Assembly (NCBI GenBank): GCA_017431465.1
Contig: JAFRLA010000030.1
Coordinates: forward strand, 276-64,275
Source of the DNA: Candidatus Saccharimonadota bacterium
GTDB lineage: Bacteria; Patescibacteriota; Saccharimonadia; Saccharimonadales; Saccharimonadaceae
DNA: 64,000 nt
Direction: 5' to 3'
Below the pieces are notes generated by a model. That model saw only the letters and a list, made by a program, of their open reading frames with translations, was not told the origin of the DNA and ran no database searches. A program made the translations under genes and the position numbers. Every line of letters begins with the position of its first letter. Position 1 is the stretch's first letter. Positions 52,553 through 61,618 of this stretch are shown piece by piece.

Positions 52553-55003
52553 ATGAAAATTAGTTTGAACGAAATCAAGAAATTAGTCCCAAAAGCCGCC
52601 GAGATTGAAACTGATGAGCTAGTTCGCTTGATCGGCTCACGTTTGGTAGAAGTCGAGGGGACAGAAGATTGGTCTGAAAAATATAATAATATATATATTG
52701 TCAAAGTCGTTGCTTGCGAGGCTATTCCAGATACTCATCTCCATCTTTGCCAAATCGACGACGGTAAAGATGGCGTCCAGGTGGTTTGTGGTGCGCCGAA
52801 TGTTCATGAGGGTATGTTCGCAGTTTGGATTGCCCCAGGGGCGATTGTCCCGCAGACTTTCGGTACCGACGAAGAGTTTGAAATTGGCGCGCGCAAAATG
52901 CGTGGTTATGAATCAAACGGTATGCTCGCCGGTTTAGACGAATTAGACCTAGGCGATGACCATTCCGGTATTGTAGAAATTGATCCAGAGATGCCCGGCG
53001 TAAAATCTGGCGCCAGTTTTGCCGAAGTTTTCGATTTGAACGACATAATTTTGGATATTGAAAATAAATCGTTGACCCATCGTCCGGACACTTTTGGATT
53101 GATTGGGTTTGCGCGCGAAGTTTCCGGGATTCTCGGCGAAAAATTCCGCGAGCCAGAGTTTTCCAGCTTGCCTTTGAATGAGCAGGGAATCAACGTCAAT
53201 ATTTCCGATCCAGAAATTTGTGCGCGTTATTCCTGCGCGGTTTTAGACTTTACGGATGCTCCACGTTCGGAATACTTGACTAAGGACGATGCTTTTCTAG
53301 CAAAGGCTGGTATGAAATCGATTTCACCAATTGTCGACGTTACAAATATCTTGATGTTAGTTACCGGCCAGCCGCTCCATGCGTTTGATTATGATAAATT
53401 CATAAAAGTCGGCGGAACGGACAGCCCGGAAATCGTCGTTCGCACTGCCCGCGATGGCGAAAAATTAACGCTTCTTGATGGTGAAGAAATTGAATGTGAT
53501 GAAAACGATATTTTGATTGTTTCGTCTGATGTCCCGGTTGCGCTTGCTGGCGCGATGGGCGGCGAAAACACTGCGATTGACGGTAATACGAAGCGGATTA
53601 TTCTTGAGTCGGCAACTTTCTCGCTTTACCACTTGCGTAAAACTCAGATGAAGCACGGTATTTTTTCCGAAGCAATCACGCGCTTTACTAAGGGCCAGCC
53701 GGCTGGTATGACTATGCCAACGCTTGCCGAGGCGGTCAAAGCTATCGGCTCCGGCCCGCTTGCTGTCGTGGACTGCTTCCCCGCAAAGCCTGCCCAGCCA
53801 GTAATTTCACTGTCGCTCTCCGACATCAACTCCCTCCTCGGCACTTCTTACACCGCAGACACGGTCGCCGATACGTTGGATAACGTAGGATTTAACGTGG
53901 AATGCTTTTCCGAAGGGTCTAAGACTTGGCCGCTCGCCCCTTGGGACGCGGATAGCGGCCCGGAGCGGCCCGAGGAGAAGACATTCCACGTTAAATCCCC
54001 ATTCTGGCGTACCGACATCCATATCAAAGAAGACATCATTGAAGAAGTCGGCCGCCTGCTTGGCTACGATAATATCCCGCTCGATTTCGCAAAGCGTCCA
54101 TTTATCGGCGCAAAAGAAGACCCACTCTTCACCCTGAAAAATCGTATTCGCGACATTCTTTCCGATCGCCTCGCGGCGAACGAAGTCTTAACTTATTCAT
54201 TTGTCAGTCAAAAACTCCAAGAGACTGTCGGCGAAGACCCAGAAGATTCATATAAGATTGTCAATTCGATTTCGCCAGAATTGCAATGCTTCCGTCAATC
54301 TATTGCCCCGAGCTTGCTTGAAAAGGTTGCGATGAATTTGAAGGCTGGATTCAAAAATTTCTCACTTTACGAAATTAACCAGACCGCAAATAAAAAAGAT
54401 GGTCTAAATTCTGAGAATGTTCCAGAGATGAAAACCAAACTCGCGTTCGTTACGCTCGGTGATTTCTATGCAGCGAAAGCGAGTTTAGTTGCGCTTCTTA
54501 AGAATCTTGGCATCCCCGAGCCAGAACTTTCCGAGCCGAAAGAAATCCCAGGCTACTACGAGAAAAAGCATTCCGCCGTTCTTGAAGCTGGCTATGTCGG
54601 TGAGATTAAATCCGCGGTTTCGAAGCGTCTAAAAATCGACCAAGTCGTCGCAGTTTTTGAGCTAGATTTAGAAAAGTTATTACAGATCCTGCCGGAAACT
54701 GGCGTGAAATCCCTAAACTTTAGCCGTTTCCCGTCTGTCTCGCGCGACGTAACCGTAAAAGTAAAATCTGAGACCGATTTTGGGTCAATCAAAGAATCGT
54801 TAGGAAAAACACTCGCAGAAAAATGCGATATCTATAAAATTGAACCAGTTTCGCTTTACCAAAAAGACAAAAAAACTAAAAACCTGAGCTTTACTTTGAC
54901 TTTTGCCAGTCTAGATCATACCTTGAACACCGGCGAAATCTCTGCTATAATGGAAAAAGTTGAAAAATCTGTCAGAAAAGAATTTGCGGCAGAAATTGTA
55001 TAA
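52553..55003 (+). CDS. pheT: phenylalanine--tRNA ligase beta subunit
   Basis: A tRNA-binding OB domain, B3/4 and B5 domains and a FDX-ACB-like C-terminus. It directly follows pheS. Confidence 0.95.
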   Translation: MKISLNEIKKLVPKAAEIETDELVRLIGSRLVEVEGTEDWSEKYNNIYIVKVVACEAIPDTHLHLCQIDDGKDGVQVVCGAPNVHEGMFAVWIAPGAIVPQTFGTDEEFEIGARKMRGYESNGMLAGLDELDLGDDHSGIVEIDPEMPGVKSGASFAEVFDLNDIILDIENKSLTHRPDTFGLIGFAREVSGILGEKFREPEFSSLPLNEQGINVNISDPEICARYSCAVLDFTDAPRSEYLTKDDAFLAKAGMKSISPIVDVTNILMLVTGQPLHAFDYDKFIKVGGTDSPEIVVRTARDGEKLTLLDGEEIECDENDILIVSSDVPVALAGAMGGENTAIDGNTKRIILESATFSLYHLRKTQMKHGIFSEAITRFTKGQPAGMTMPTLAEAVKAIGSGPLAVVDCFPAKPAQPVISLSLSDINSLLGTSYTADTVADTLDNVGFNVECFSEGSKTWPLAPWDADSGPERPEEKTFHVKSPFWRTDIHIKEDIIEEVGRLLGYDNIPLDFAKRPFIGAKEDPLFTLKNRIRDILSDRLAANEVLTYSFVSQKLQETVGEDPEDSYKIVNSISPELQCFRQSIAPSLLEKVAMNLKAGFKNFSLYEINQTANKKDGLNSENVPEMKTKLAFVTLGDFYAAKASLVALLKNLGIPEPELSEPKEIPGYYEKKHSAVLEAGYVGEIKSAVSKRLKIDQVVAVFELDLEKLLQILPETGVKSLNFSRFPSVSRDVTVKVKSETDFGSIKESLGKTLAEKCDIYKIEPVSLYQKDKKTKNLSFTLTFASLDHTLNTGEISAIMEKVEKSVRKEFAAEIV

Positions 55004-55016
55004 TTCAGGAGGTAAA

Positions 55017-55712
55017 ATGCAAGAAAAAGAACTCAGAACTACGACTAAGCAGCGCGTCATAATTATTACTATCGCGGTTTTAACCCTTGCCTCGACGGTG
55101 CTTGCTTATTTATTGATTGTGCTCGCCGGCAATAAATCTAATAATACTGCCGAGACTAGCCCAGAATTAGCCGCTCTTCAGGAGGAATACAGTCAGTATC
55201 AAAGCGAGACTAACGAGTATGCCGCCACTTTATCGCAGCAGTACTTGGAAGAGTTTAAAGGGTACAAATCTCGCGTCAAAGCTTATAATGCCACGACCGC
55301 GAATAGCGACGGCCTAAAGACCGTCGACCTAAAAGAGGGAACTGGCCGCGAGCTAACAGAAGGCGATACTGATTACTTTGCTTATTATATCGGCTGGTGT
55401 GCTGACGAGGCGATTTTCGATTCGTCGTTCAACGACAGTAATGACCCGACCGCACTAAATACCCCGTTGGCGGCTGGTATTGGGCTGATCGAGGGCTGGA
55501 ATCAGGGTGTGATTGGTATGAAGATTGGCGGTGTTCGTGAAATTTCTATCCCGGCCGAGCTTGCCTATGGCGATACACAAGAAATCTGCGGCACAACTAA
55601 CTCGCCGCTAAAATTCATCGTGATGCCGATCGCTGATGATAAATTATCCGAACTTTCCAAAAAGATGGAAAAAACCTATAACGAAATGGTTGAAAAAATC
55701 TCCTCAAACTAG
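55017..55712 (+). CDS. membrane-anchored FKBP-type peptidyl-prolyl isomerase
   Basis: AGGAGG lies before the ATG at 55017. It has an N-terminal TM and the motifs IFDSSF, GLIEGWNQGVIGMKIGGVREISIPAELAYG. Confidence 0.8.
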   Translation: MQEKELRTTTKQRVIIITIAVLTLASTVLAYLLIVLAGNKSNNTAETSPELAALQEEYSQYQSETNEYAATLSQQYLEEFKGYKSRVKAYNATTANSDGLKTVDLKEGTGRELTEGDTDYFAYYIGWCADEAIFDSSFNDSNDPTALNTPLAAGIGLIEGWNQGVIGMKIGGVREISIPAELAYGDTQEICGTTNSPLKFIVMPIADDKLSELSKKMEKTYNEMVEKISSN

Positions 55713-55741
55713 TATAATAGACTTAATATTAAGGAGATTAT

Positions 55742-57364
55742 ATGATAAAAGTCAATAGAGTTTTGGCGGCGACTGGATTAGCGCTTGCTGGTGCTTTTGT
55801 ACCGCTAGCCGGTCTGGCTCACGCCGACACATATACTTATACCGTAAGTTTTACCGCTTCGGGGACACATACTCTGGCCACGGCCGGCGCCGAAGGTATT
55901 CAGGTTGACGGTAGTGACGTCATCACATTAACCGCTCCTGGCGCTTCGCCGATGGATCCGCCGGAAGTTATCGGTACTGCGGCCTGTGCGGACACGACGC
56001 ATTGTTCGATTACCGTTACCGACGGCCCGACTGGCGAGCTGATGTATAACGGCGCTAACTTTGCGGTCAAAACTACCGATGAGTGTGGTATTGATGTCGG
56101 ACCTGATTATCGCATTAATCGCGATGTGGCGCTTTCGGTTGCCGACCCTGAGGCCAGCCTCTTCACTGGCAAGGTCTGGTTCTTCTGGAACTGCGATGAC
56201 GGATTTTGTAAACAGCTGATTACTGGTATTACCGGCACCGAAGACGACGAAGATCCGTTTACCGGCCAACACCACTTTACTTATCATACGAAGTGGGTTG
56301 ATCAAACTACGATTAACGACGGCGGCAAAACTCCAAGCGTCGCAACTCTTTCTGATGATGACTATCGTATCATCTGGGAAGTCCCTGGTAATACTCCAGC
56401 AAACGACGCCTCGATTGATACTTGGGCGAAATACACCGCTTGGGAAGAAGCCCAGCTGGCGGCTACCGGCCCAGTTACTTGTACGAACGGCGAAGGGAAT
56501 AGCTACCAGGTTGATCCGTCTTACGATAAACTCAAACAGCTTCGTATCGACCCGACCGGCGCTTCGAAAGGCAAAAGCATCATTTCTACAAACGGCGATC
56601 GTGCTTTCCGCTTGACCATCTATGATCCTTCTACTTACTTTGGCGTGACCAACGCTTCGAACCCGTCCGACCTAGAATATTGGCCAGACTTCTGGGACGA
56701 AGGCATGTTTAACCCGGCTTATGATCTCTCTGGGACAACCGCCGCGGCTCCGCAGACTATGCAGGCTTATCTCCTAGGCGATACTGTAACTTTGAGGGCT
56801 GACGAAAAATCCGCTCCGATTTCGGGCATTTCGATTGCTTCTGAAGGCGTTTCAGCCGCTGCAGTTACGATTTCTCAATCTGGCGCAAACTGGAACTTGA
56901 AGTTTAACTCCAACTACTACGACAAGGTCGTCTTTAAGATTACTGCTGGTGGCCAGGATCGCTACCTCCAGATTAATCGCCTGAACGTCCTCGCCGTAAC
57001 TCCAGACCCGTACAACGGCAACACTCTCGGCGCGCGGGCTTACATCCCTACGCCTAACGATGGCGAATTCGATGTCGTTGCGACCTACTACTACGCCAGT
57101 GGCTCGTCTAAGACCACTTTGCTTGAGAAGTCTGGCAACGCTCAGGGCGCTGGTAAAAACCTGAAAGCTCAGATGTACAAGGTCCCGGCTTCCGCTGGTA
57201 TTACTATGAACGGTCTTGGCGCAGGTAGCCCAGTCGGCGTTTCCTTCACCATCGTTCGCGCTGGTAGCACCCCAACGAATTATAAAGGCACGCTCGCTGG
57301 TTCTGGCCGCGGTGTTTATTACACCTTCGACCGAAGCGGGACAATCTTTGGAAAGGCATTTTAA
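55742..57364 (+). CDS. hypothetical secreted protein (540 aa)
   Basis: AAGGAG SD upstream, signal peptide ...GLAHA|DT and several Cys pairs. No family recognised. Confidence 0.7.
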   Translation: MIKVNRVLAATGLALAGAFVPLAGLAHADTYTYTVSFTASGTHTLATAGAEGIQVDGSDVITLTAPGASPMDPPEVIGTAACADTTHCSITVTDGPTGELMYNGANFAVKTTDECGIDVGPDYRINRDVALSVADPEASLFTGKVWFFWNCDDGFCKQLITGITGTEDDEDPFTGQHHFTYHTKWVDQTTINDGGKTPSVATLSDDDYRIIWEVPGNTPANDASIDTWAKYTAWEEAQLAATGPVTCTNGEGNSYQVDPSYDKLKQLRIDPTGASKGKSIISTNGDRAFRLTIYDPSTYFGVTNASNPSDLEYWPDFWDEGMFNPAYDLSGTTAAAPQTMQAYLLGDTVTLRADEKSAPISGISIASEGVSAAAVTISQSGANWNLKFNSNYYDKVVFKITAGGQDRYLQINRLNVLAVTPDPYNGNTLGARAYIPTPNDGEFDVVATYYYASGSSKTTLLEKSGNAQGAGKNLKAQMYKVPASAGITMNGLGAGSPVGVSFTIVRAGSTPTNYKGTLAGSGRGVYYTFDRSGTIFGKAF

Positions 57365-57373
57365 GGAGGAATT

Positions 57374-57841
57374 ATGGCTAAAGAAATTTTAACTCTAGAC
57401 GCAGTAATCTCAGACGGTGTCATTACCGTCAACGGCGCCGCCGAAGATGGCATGCTCGCCGCCGCGATCGTAATCTATAACGCCGACGGTACGCAGATGT
57501 TATTTGCCGAATCGACCAGTGTCGCCGCGGACGGCAGTTTCGCCTACACGCTTGACACCGGCGCTCGCGGAACCTACATTGTTTCCGTCGCTGATTATGA
57601 GGGTAACGCTACAGCTAAAGTCGTCACGGTTTCTGAATCTACTGCCGCTGAGGCCTCGGTTGGTTCGCCGAAAACCGGTTTTGAGACCCAGCCAGCCGCC
57701 GCTAGCCCAGCTCCAGAGGCTAACGCCTCGGCGATTTCTGGCGCACTCTTCTTCGTCGGCTTTCTCGCTCTAGCCGCGGCCGGATTTTTCGCCGCTCGCC
57801 TAGTTATGCGTCGCCGCGCTCGCTCCCGCAGAGAAGCCTAA
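57374..57841 (+). CDS. small protein with a C-terminal SPKTG motif, TM and Arg-rich tail but no N-terminal signal peptide
   Basis: AGGAGG SD upstream and a beta-sandwich-like N-terminal domain (DGSFAYTLDTGARGTYIVSV). SPKTG lies at nt 57665-57679, followed by a 20-aa linker, a TM and RRRARSRREA. Confidence 0.65.
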   Translation: MAKEILTLDAVISDGVITVNGAAEDGMLAAAIVIYNADGTQMLFAESTSVAADGSFAYTLDTGARGTYIVSVADYEGNATAKVVTVSESTAAEASVGSPKTGFETQPAAASPAPEANASAISGALFFVGFLALAAAGFFAARLVMRRRARSRREA

Positions 57842-57856
57842 AGTTTCGCGGAATTA

Positions 57857-57889
57857 AAGCTACCCCTGTTCATCAGGGGTAGCTTTTTG
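57857..57889 (+). terminator. rho-independent terminator
   Basis: aaagctacccctg-ttcat-caggggtagcttt followed by a T-run. Confidence 0.7.
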
Positions 57890-57934
57890 TTACTCGAACA
57901 GGGGTCCTGTAGGAGGCACTTACCATAAGGGGTA

Positions 57935-57963
57935 TTGACTTTTTTGGCAAAGTGTGCTATAAT
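57935..57963 (+). promoter_or_regulatory. promoter TTGACT-17-TATAAT with a 63-nt leader
   Basis: TTGACT at 57935-57940 and TATAAT at 57958-57963. The leader contains the hairpin actgat-gaggaggt-atcagt, which presents the SD in its loop. Confidence 0.6.
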
Positions 57964-58026
57964 AGAAGGAGTGGGTTAGCAATAACGCAAAAACCCAAGC
58001 AACATACTGATGAGGAGGTATCAGTT

Positions 58027-58392
58027 ATGGTTACAATGATTTTAACAATACTTTGTGTCGTTGCGTCGATTATGATTCATTTCGAGGATAAGCATCGTCG
58101 AAACGGCGAGGTAAAATTGCCAGTCTGGACTAATCTTGTTTTCAAGATTTGGTCCGGGAGTACAACCGTGCTTTTGGCAGCCGTCTTCATTCTCGAGGAC
58201 GGAGCCTGGCTAATCGATCGGTTCAAAGACCTCGGCGCAGCAAATCTCAACGCGTGCATCTGCGCGGCGTTAGCAACTGTCTGGCTGGCCGTTGTGTACG
58301 GCCTGATTACATATCTACTCATCATTCCCGATGACGACGAAGATATGAATATAATTGCTGATGCTATCTATTATGATGGCGAGAGGAGGTAA
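58027..58392 (+). CDS. hypothetical 3-TM membrane protein
   Basis: GAGGAGG lies before the ATG at 58027, and the C-terminus is acidic. The longer GTG-initiated ORF would overlap the promoter and is rejected. Confidence 0.55.
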   Translation: MVTMILTILCVVASIMIHFEDKHRRNGEVKLPVWTNLVFKIWSGSTTVLLAAVFILEDGAWLIDRFKDLGAANLNACICAALATVWLAVVYGLITYLLIIPDDDEDMNIIADAIYYDGERR

Positions 58393-58395
58393 TTT

Positions 58396-58590
58396 ATGTG
58401 TAATAACGCTAATGGGAAGACTACCTTCAACATCGAAAACATCGGTAATATCGGCGCTGATAAGAAAGATGATGGCATCATGACGACGCAGAAAGTGACA
58501 AAACGGACTAAAAATGGAACAACAGTGATCATGAATCAGAATGCTCGAGAAATAACGAACATTGAGCATTTAGATACATTAATCCTCTGA
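58396..58590 (+). CDS. hypothetical small hydrophilic protein (64 aa)
   Basis: GAGGAGG SD inside the end of the upstream gene, a 3-nt gap and a strong terminator after. Confidence 0.45.
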   Translation: MCNNANGKTTFNIENIGNIGADKKDDGIMTTQKVTKRTKNGTTVIMNQNAREITNIEHLDTLIL

Positions 58591-58600
58591 GTTCTAATTT

Positions 58601-58624
58601 GCCCCCGCAATGCGGGGGCTTTTT
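58601..58624 (+). terminator. rho-independent terminator
   Basis: gcccccgc-aat-gcgggggc followed by TTTTT. Confidence 0.7.
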
Positions 58625-58655
58625 GTTGCTCTGCTCCCCGTGCTATAATTAAGGC

Positions 58656-59395
58656 ATGAACTACGAGGAGTTTCTAGCGGAGCTAGTTAAAAATGCCGAC
58701 GACGCTTATCGCGATTTTTCGTCGAAGGCGGTCCTGACCGAGCGTCCGTTTCTTGGCGTGCGAACGCCGAAGCTCCGAGAAATCGCCCGCGAAATTATAG
58801 CGGGGAAATATTCCGAAACGCCAGCTGACCAGATCAAGATTATCGCCGGCCTTTTGAGTCACGAGCCGGTTTCACGCGAGGAAGTTTTAGTTCGCGGGTT
58901 CGTTATCGCGCGGTTGCCGTATGAAGACATGGTCTTACATATGGATAAAGATTATCTGCCGTTCGTGGATAGTTGGGAGGCCTGCGACGTGTTTTGCGCA
59001 AGCATCAGGAAGGCCGTCTTGTCTCGGAAAAACGGCGCCGACCACCGCGAAGATTTTCTAAAAGTTGTCGACCAACTTCTCTCCTCGCCGCACGAATTTT
59101 ATGTCCGCACTGGCCTGGTCTGCCTGCTAGATTTTTATATCACGCCGGAATATCTCCCGGTAATTTTGATCGTGTCGGAAAAGTTGCCGCGCGTGATGAG
59201 TATTATATCAAGATGGCAATCGCGTGGTTGCTCGCGACTTGCTATGCGAAGTTACCCGAGCCGACTGAAGCGTTTTTGATGAGCACAACCGTGCTACCCA
59301 ACTGGACTTTTAATAGAACGATTTCCAAAATCTGCGATTCGTATCGGGTGGATAAGGACGCGAAAGCTAGACTACGAGCTTTGCGCCGGAAGTGA
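58656..59395 (+). pseudogene. DNA alkylation repair (AlkD-like HEAT-repeat) gene with a frameshift near 59160-59172
   Basis: The N-terminal 170 aa are in frame 0 (…FLGVRTPKLREIA…). The family-typical C-terminus (DEYYIKMAIAWLLATCYAK…) is in frame 2. The frames switch around ccggtaattttgatcg. Confidence 0.7.
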
Positions 59396-59407
59396 TATAA
59401 TAGAAGT

Positions 59408-60202
59408 ATGAAACTGGTTGTTTTTGCCGATATACACTATCTTGATGATGAGCATACAGAAGAAACTGGTCGAAAATTGACTTGGCTGGCGGTGCCGCTT
59501 GTAGAGAAGTTGGCGAGCGAGGTTGAGAAAATCAAACCAGACGCCTGCTTTTGTCTAGGTGATTTTATTGAGGATACGGAAAATCACGACATTGATGCGG
59601 CGAATCTCCGTTATATCTGGAGCAAATTGACGAAATTCCCAAAGCCGCTATTTGCTGTTCCGGGGAATCACGATTTGCGGACTTTGGAAAACGAAGAGAT
59701 TGCAGAAATTATGGGCACAAATCATCAGACTTTTTCCACGGATCTCGGCGGTTATCATTTCGTTTGTCTTTGGCCGGAGAAAAACGCGAACATTCCAGAC
59801 ACCGCAGGATCTACCTTTAAAACCCAATATATTTCTCAGAAAGATTTGGACTGGCTCAAACAGGATCTGCAAGACAGCCAGAAACCTAGTTTAGTGTTTT
59901 TGCACTTCGGCTTAGCGAACGATGAAATGCGTGATCACTTTTGGTTTGCGCATGACTCAGAACGAGCGGTCGTCGCGAATCGCGAGGACGTAAAAAAGAT
60001 TTTACGACAGCATAATGTTTTGGCGGTTTTTTCCGGTCATCAACATTGGACGAAACATCTCCGTGAGGACGGCATAGATTATTATGTAGTCGGTTCGATA
60101 ACCGAAGATATTGACGGCCAGGGCATTCCCGACGGAGTTTATTTTGAGGTTGACTTAGATGGCGACAATGTAAAAGCAACGGAAAAGCACGTGAGGTTAT
60201 AA
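59408..60202 (+). CDS. calcineurin-like metallophosphoesterase
   Basis: Motifs DIHY, GDFIED, GNHD and GHQH. TATAAT at 59396-59401 lies 6 nt before the ATG. Confidence 0.8.
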   Translation: MKLVVFADIHYLDDEHTEETGRKLTWLAVPLVEKLASEVEKIKPDACFCLGDFIEDTENHDIDAANLRYIWSKLTKFPKPLFAVPGNHDLRTLENEEIAEIMGTNHQTFSTDLGGYHFVCLWPEKNANIPDTAGSTFKTQYISQKDLDWLKQDLQDSQKPSLVFLHFGLANDEMRDHFWFAHDSERAVVANREDVKKILRQHNVLAVFSGHQHWTKHLREDGIDYYVVGSITEDIDGQGIPDGVYFEVDLDGDNVKATEKHVRL

Positions 60203-61612
60203 ATGGACAAAGAAACTTTTTTCTTTTACGATCTGGAAACATCGGGGCTTTCCCCGCGCGACGATCGCATCATGCAGTTTGCGGGTATCCGCACAGAGTT
60301 GGATTTGAACCCGATTGGCGAGCCGGTAAATTTACTGGTTCAACTTTCCGAGGACACTTTACCATCGCCGGATGCGTTGATGGTCACGAAAATTACGCCG
60401 CAACAAACGCGCCTGGACGGCTTGAGCGAGCCGGAGTTTTGTAAGTATGTTTCCGAGGAAATTTTCACGCCCGGGACGATTGCGGTGGGGTATAACTCGG
60501 TGCGATTTGATGACGAATTTATGCGGCATACTTTCTGGCGCAATTTTTACGATCCGTACGAGTGGCAGTGGAAAGACGGGCGCAGCCGCTGGGATTTACT
60601 CGATGTCGTCAGAATGACACGCGCGCTTCGTCCAGAGGGAATTAAATGGCCGTTCCAGCCGGCGAAGAAGTTTAATCGCGAAACTGGCGCGCGCGAAGAA
60701 GTTTTGGATGATGACGGCAAGCCAGTGATGGTCGCGACGAACCGGCTTGAGCTGATTACGGAATTGAACGGCATTAAACACGAGCACGCGCACGACGCGC
60801 TGTCTGATGTCGAGGCGCTGATTTCGGTAACGCGGTTGATTCGCGAGAGACAGCCGAAACTTTACGAGTATCTGCTCGCAATGCGCGACAAAAAACGCGT
60901 CGCGTCGTTGGTTGATTTAAAGAAGCCTGCGCCGTTTGTTTATTCTTGTGGCGAGTACCCGTCGGCCTATGAAAAAACTTCCGTCGCCTATCCGCTCTGC
61001 CCCGGCCGCACCCCGAACAGCGTTTTGGTCTATGATTTACGCTATGATCCGGACGAGGTTATGGAGAGAGAAAAGATTTTCCCGGTCGTAAAGGAACTGT
61101 GCCTAAATAAATGTCCAGCTGTCGCCCCGCTCGGCGTCTTAAACTCGGATGAAACTTGGTCGCGCATCGGTTTAACTAAAGACACGGTCGAGAAAAATCT
61201 TGAGAAGTTATTGAAACATCCGGAAATCGCCAAGGTAGCTGTCGAAACTCCCGAGCCAGATTTCGCTGAGCCGGTTGATGCCGAGGCGGCGCTATACGAT
61301 GGCTTCCTTTCTGATTCCGATCGCACGCGCGTGGAGGCGGTCCGAAATACTGGGCCTTCGAAACTCGCCGGCTTCTCACCGAATTTTCAGGACAAGCGCT
61401 TGCCGGAATTGTTGCTACATTACAAAGGCCGCAATTTCCCGAACACGCTTTCCGAAGCGGAGGCGGCAGCTTTTGCCGACTATCGTAACGCGCGTCTAAA
61501 CCGCCAGGCGGTCGGGTTCATGAAAGCGTTGGAACGATTGCAGGCTTCCGGCGATGCTGATGAATTTATTTTAGAGGAACTTGGTCTTTGGTTCCAAGGA
61601 CTACAGGGGTAA
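60203..61612 (+). CDS. sbcB: exodeoxyribonuclease I
   Basis: FFFYDLETSGLSPRDDRIMQFAGIRT, YNSVRFDDEF and HDALSDV are the DnaQ-like Exo I-III motifs. An SH3-like/helical C-terminal region follows. There is no gap after the upstream stop. Confidence 0.9.
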   Translation: MDKETFFFYDLETSGLSPRDDRIMQFAGIRTELDLNPIGEPVNLLVQLSEDTLPSPDALMVTKITPQQTRLDGLSEPEFCKYVSEEIFTPGTIAVGYNSVRFDDEFMRHTFWRNFYDPYEWQWKDGRSRWDLLDVVRMTRALRPEGIKWPFQPAKKFNRETGAREEVLDDDGKPVMVATNRLELITELNGIKHEHAHDALSDVEALISVTRLIRERQPKLYEYLLAMRDKKRVASLVDLKKPAPFVYSCGEYPSAYEKTSVAYPLCPGRTPNSVLVYDLRYDPDEVMEREKIFPVVKELCLNKCPAVAPLGVLNSDETWSRIGLTKDTVEKNLEKLLKHPEIAKVAVETPEPDFAEPVDAEAALYDGFLSDSDRTRVEAVRNTGPSKLAGFSPNFQDKRLPELLLHYKGRNFPNTLSEAEAAAFADYRNARLNRQAVGFMKALERLQASGDADEFILEELGLWFQGLQG

Positions 61613-61618
61613 AATCGT

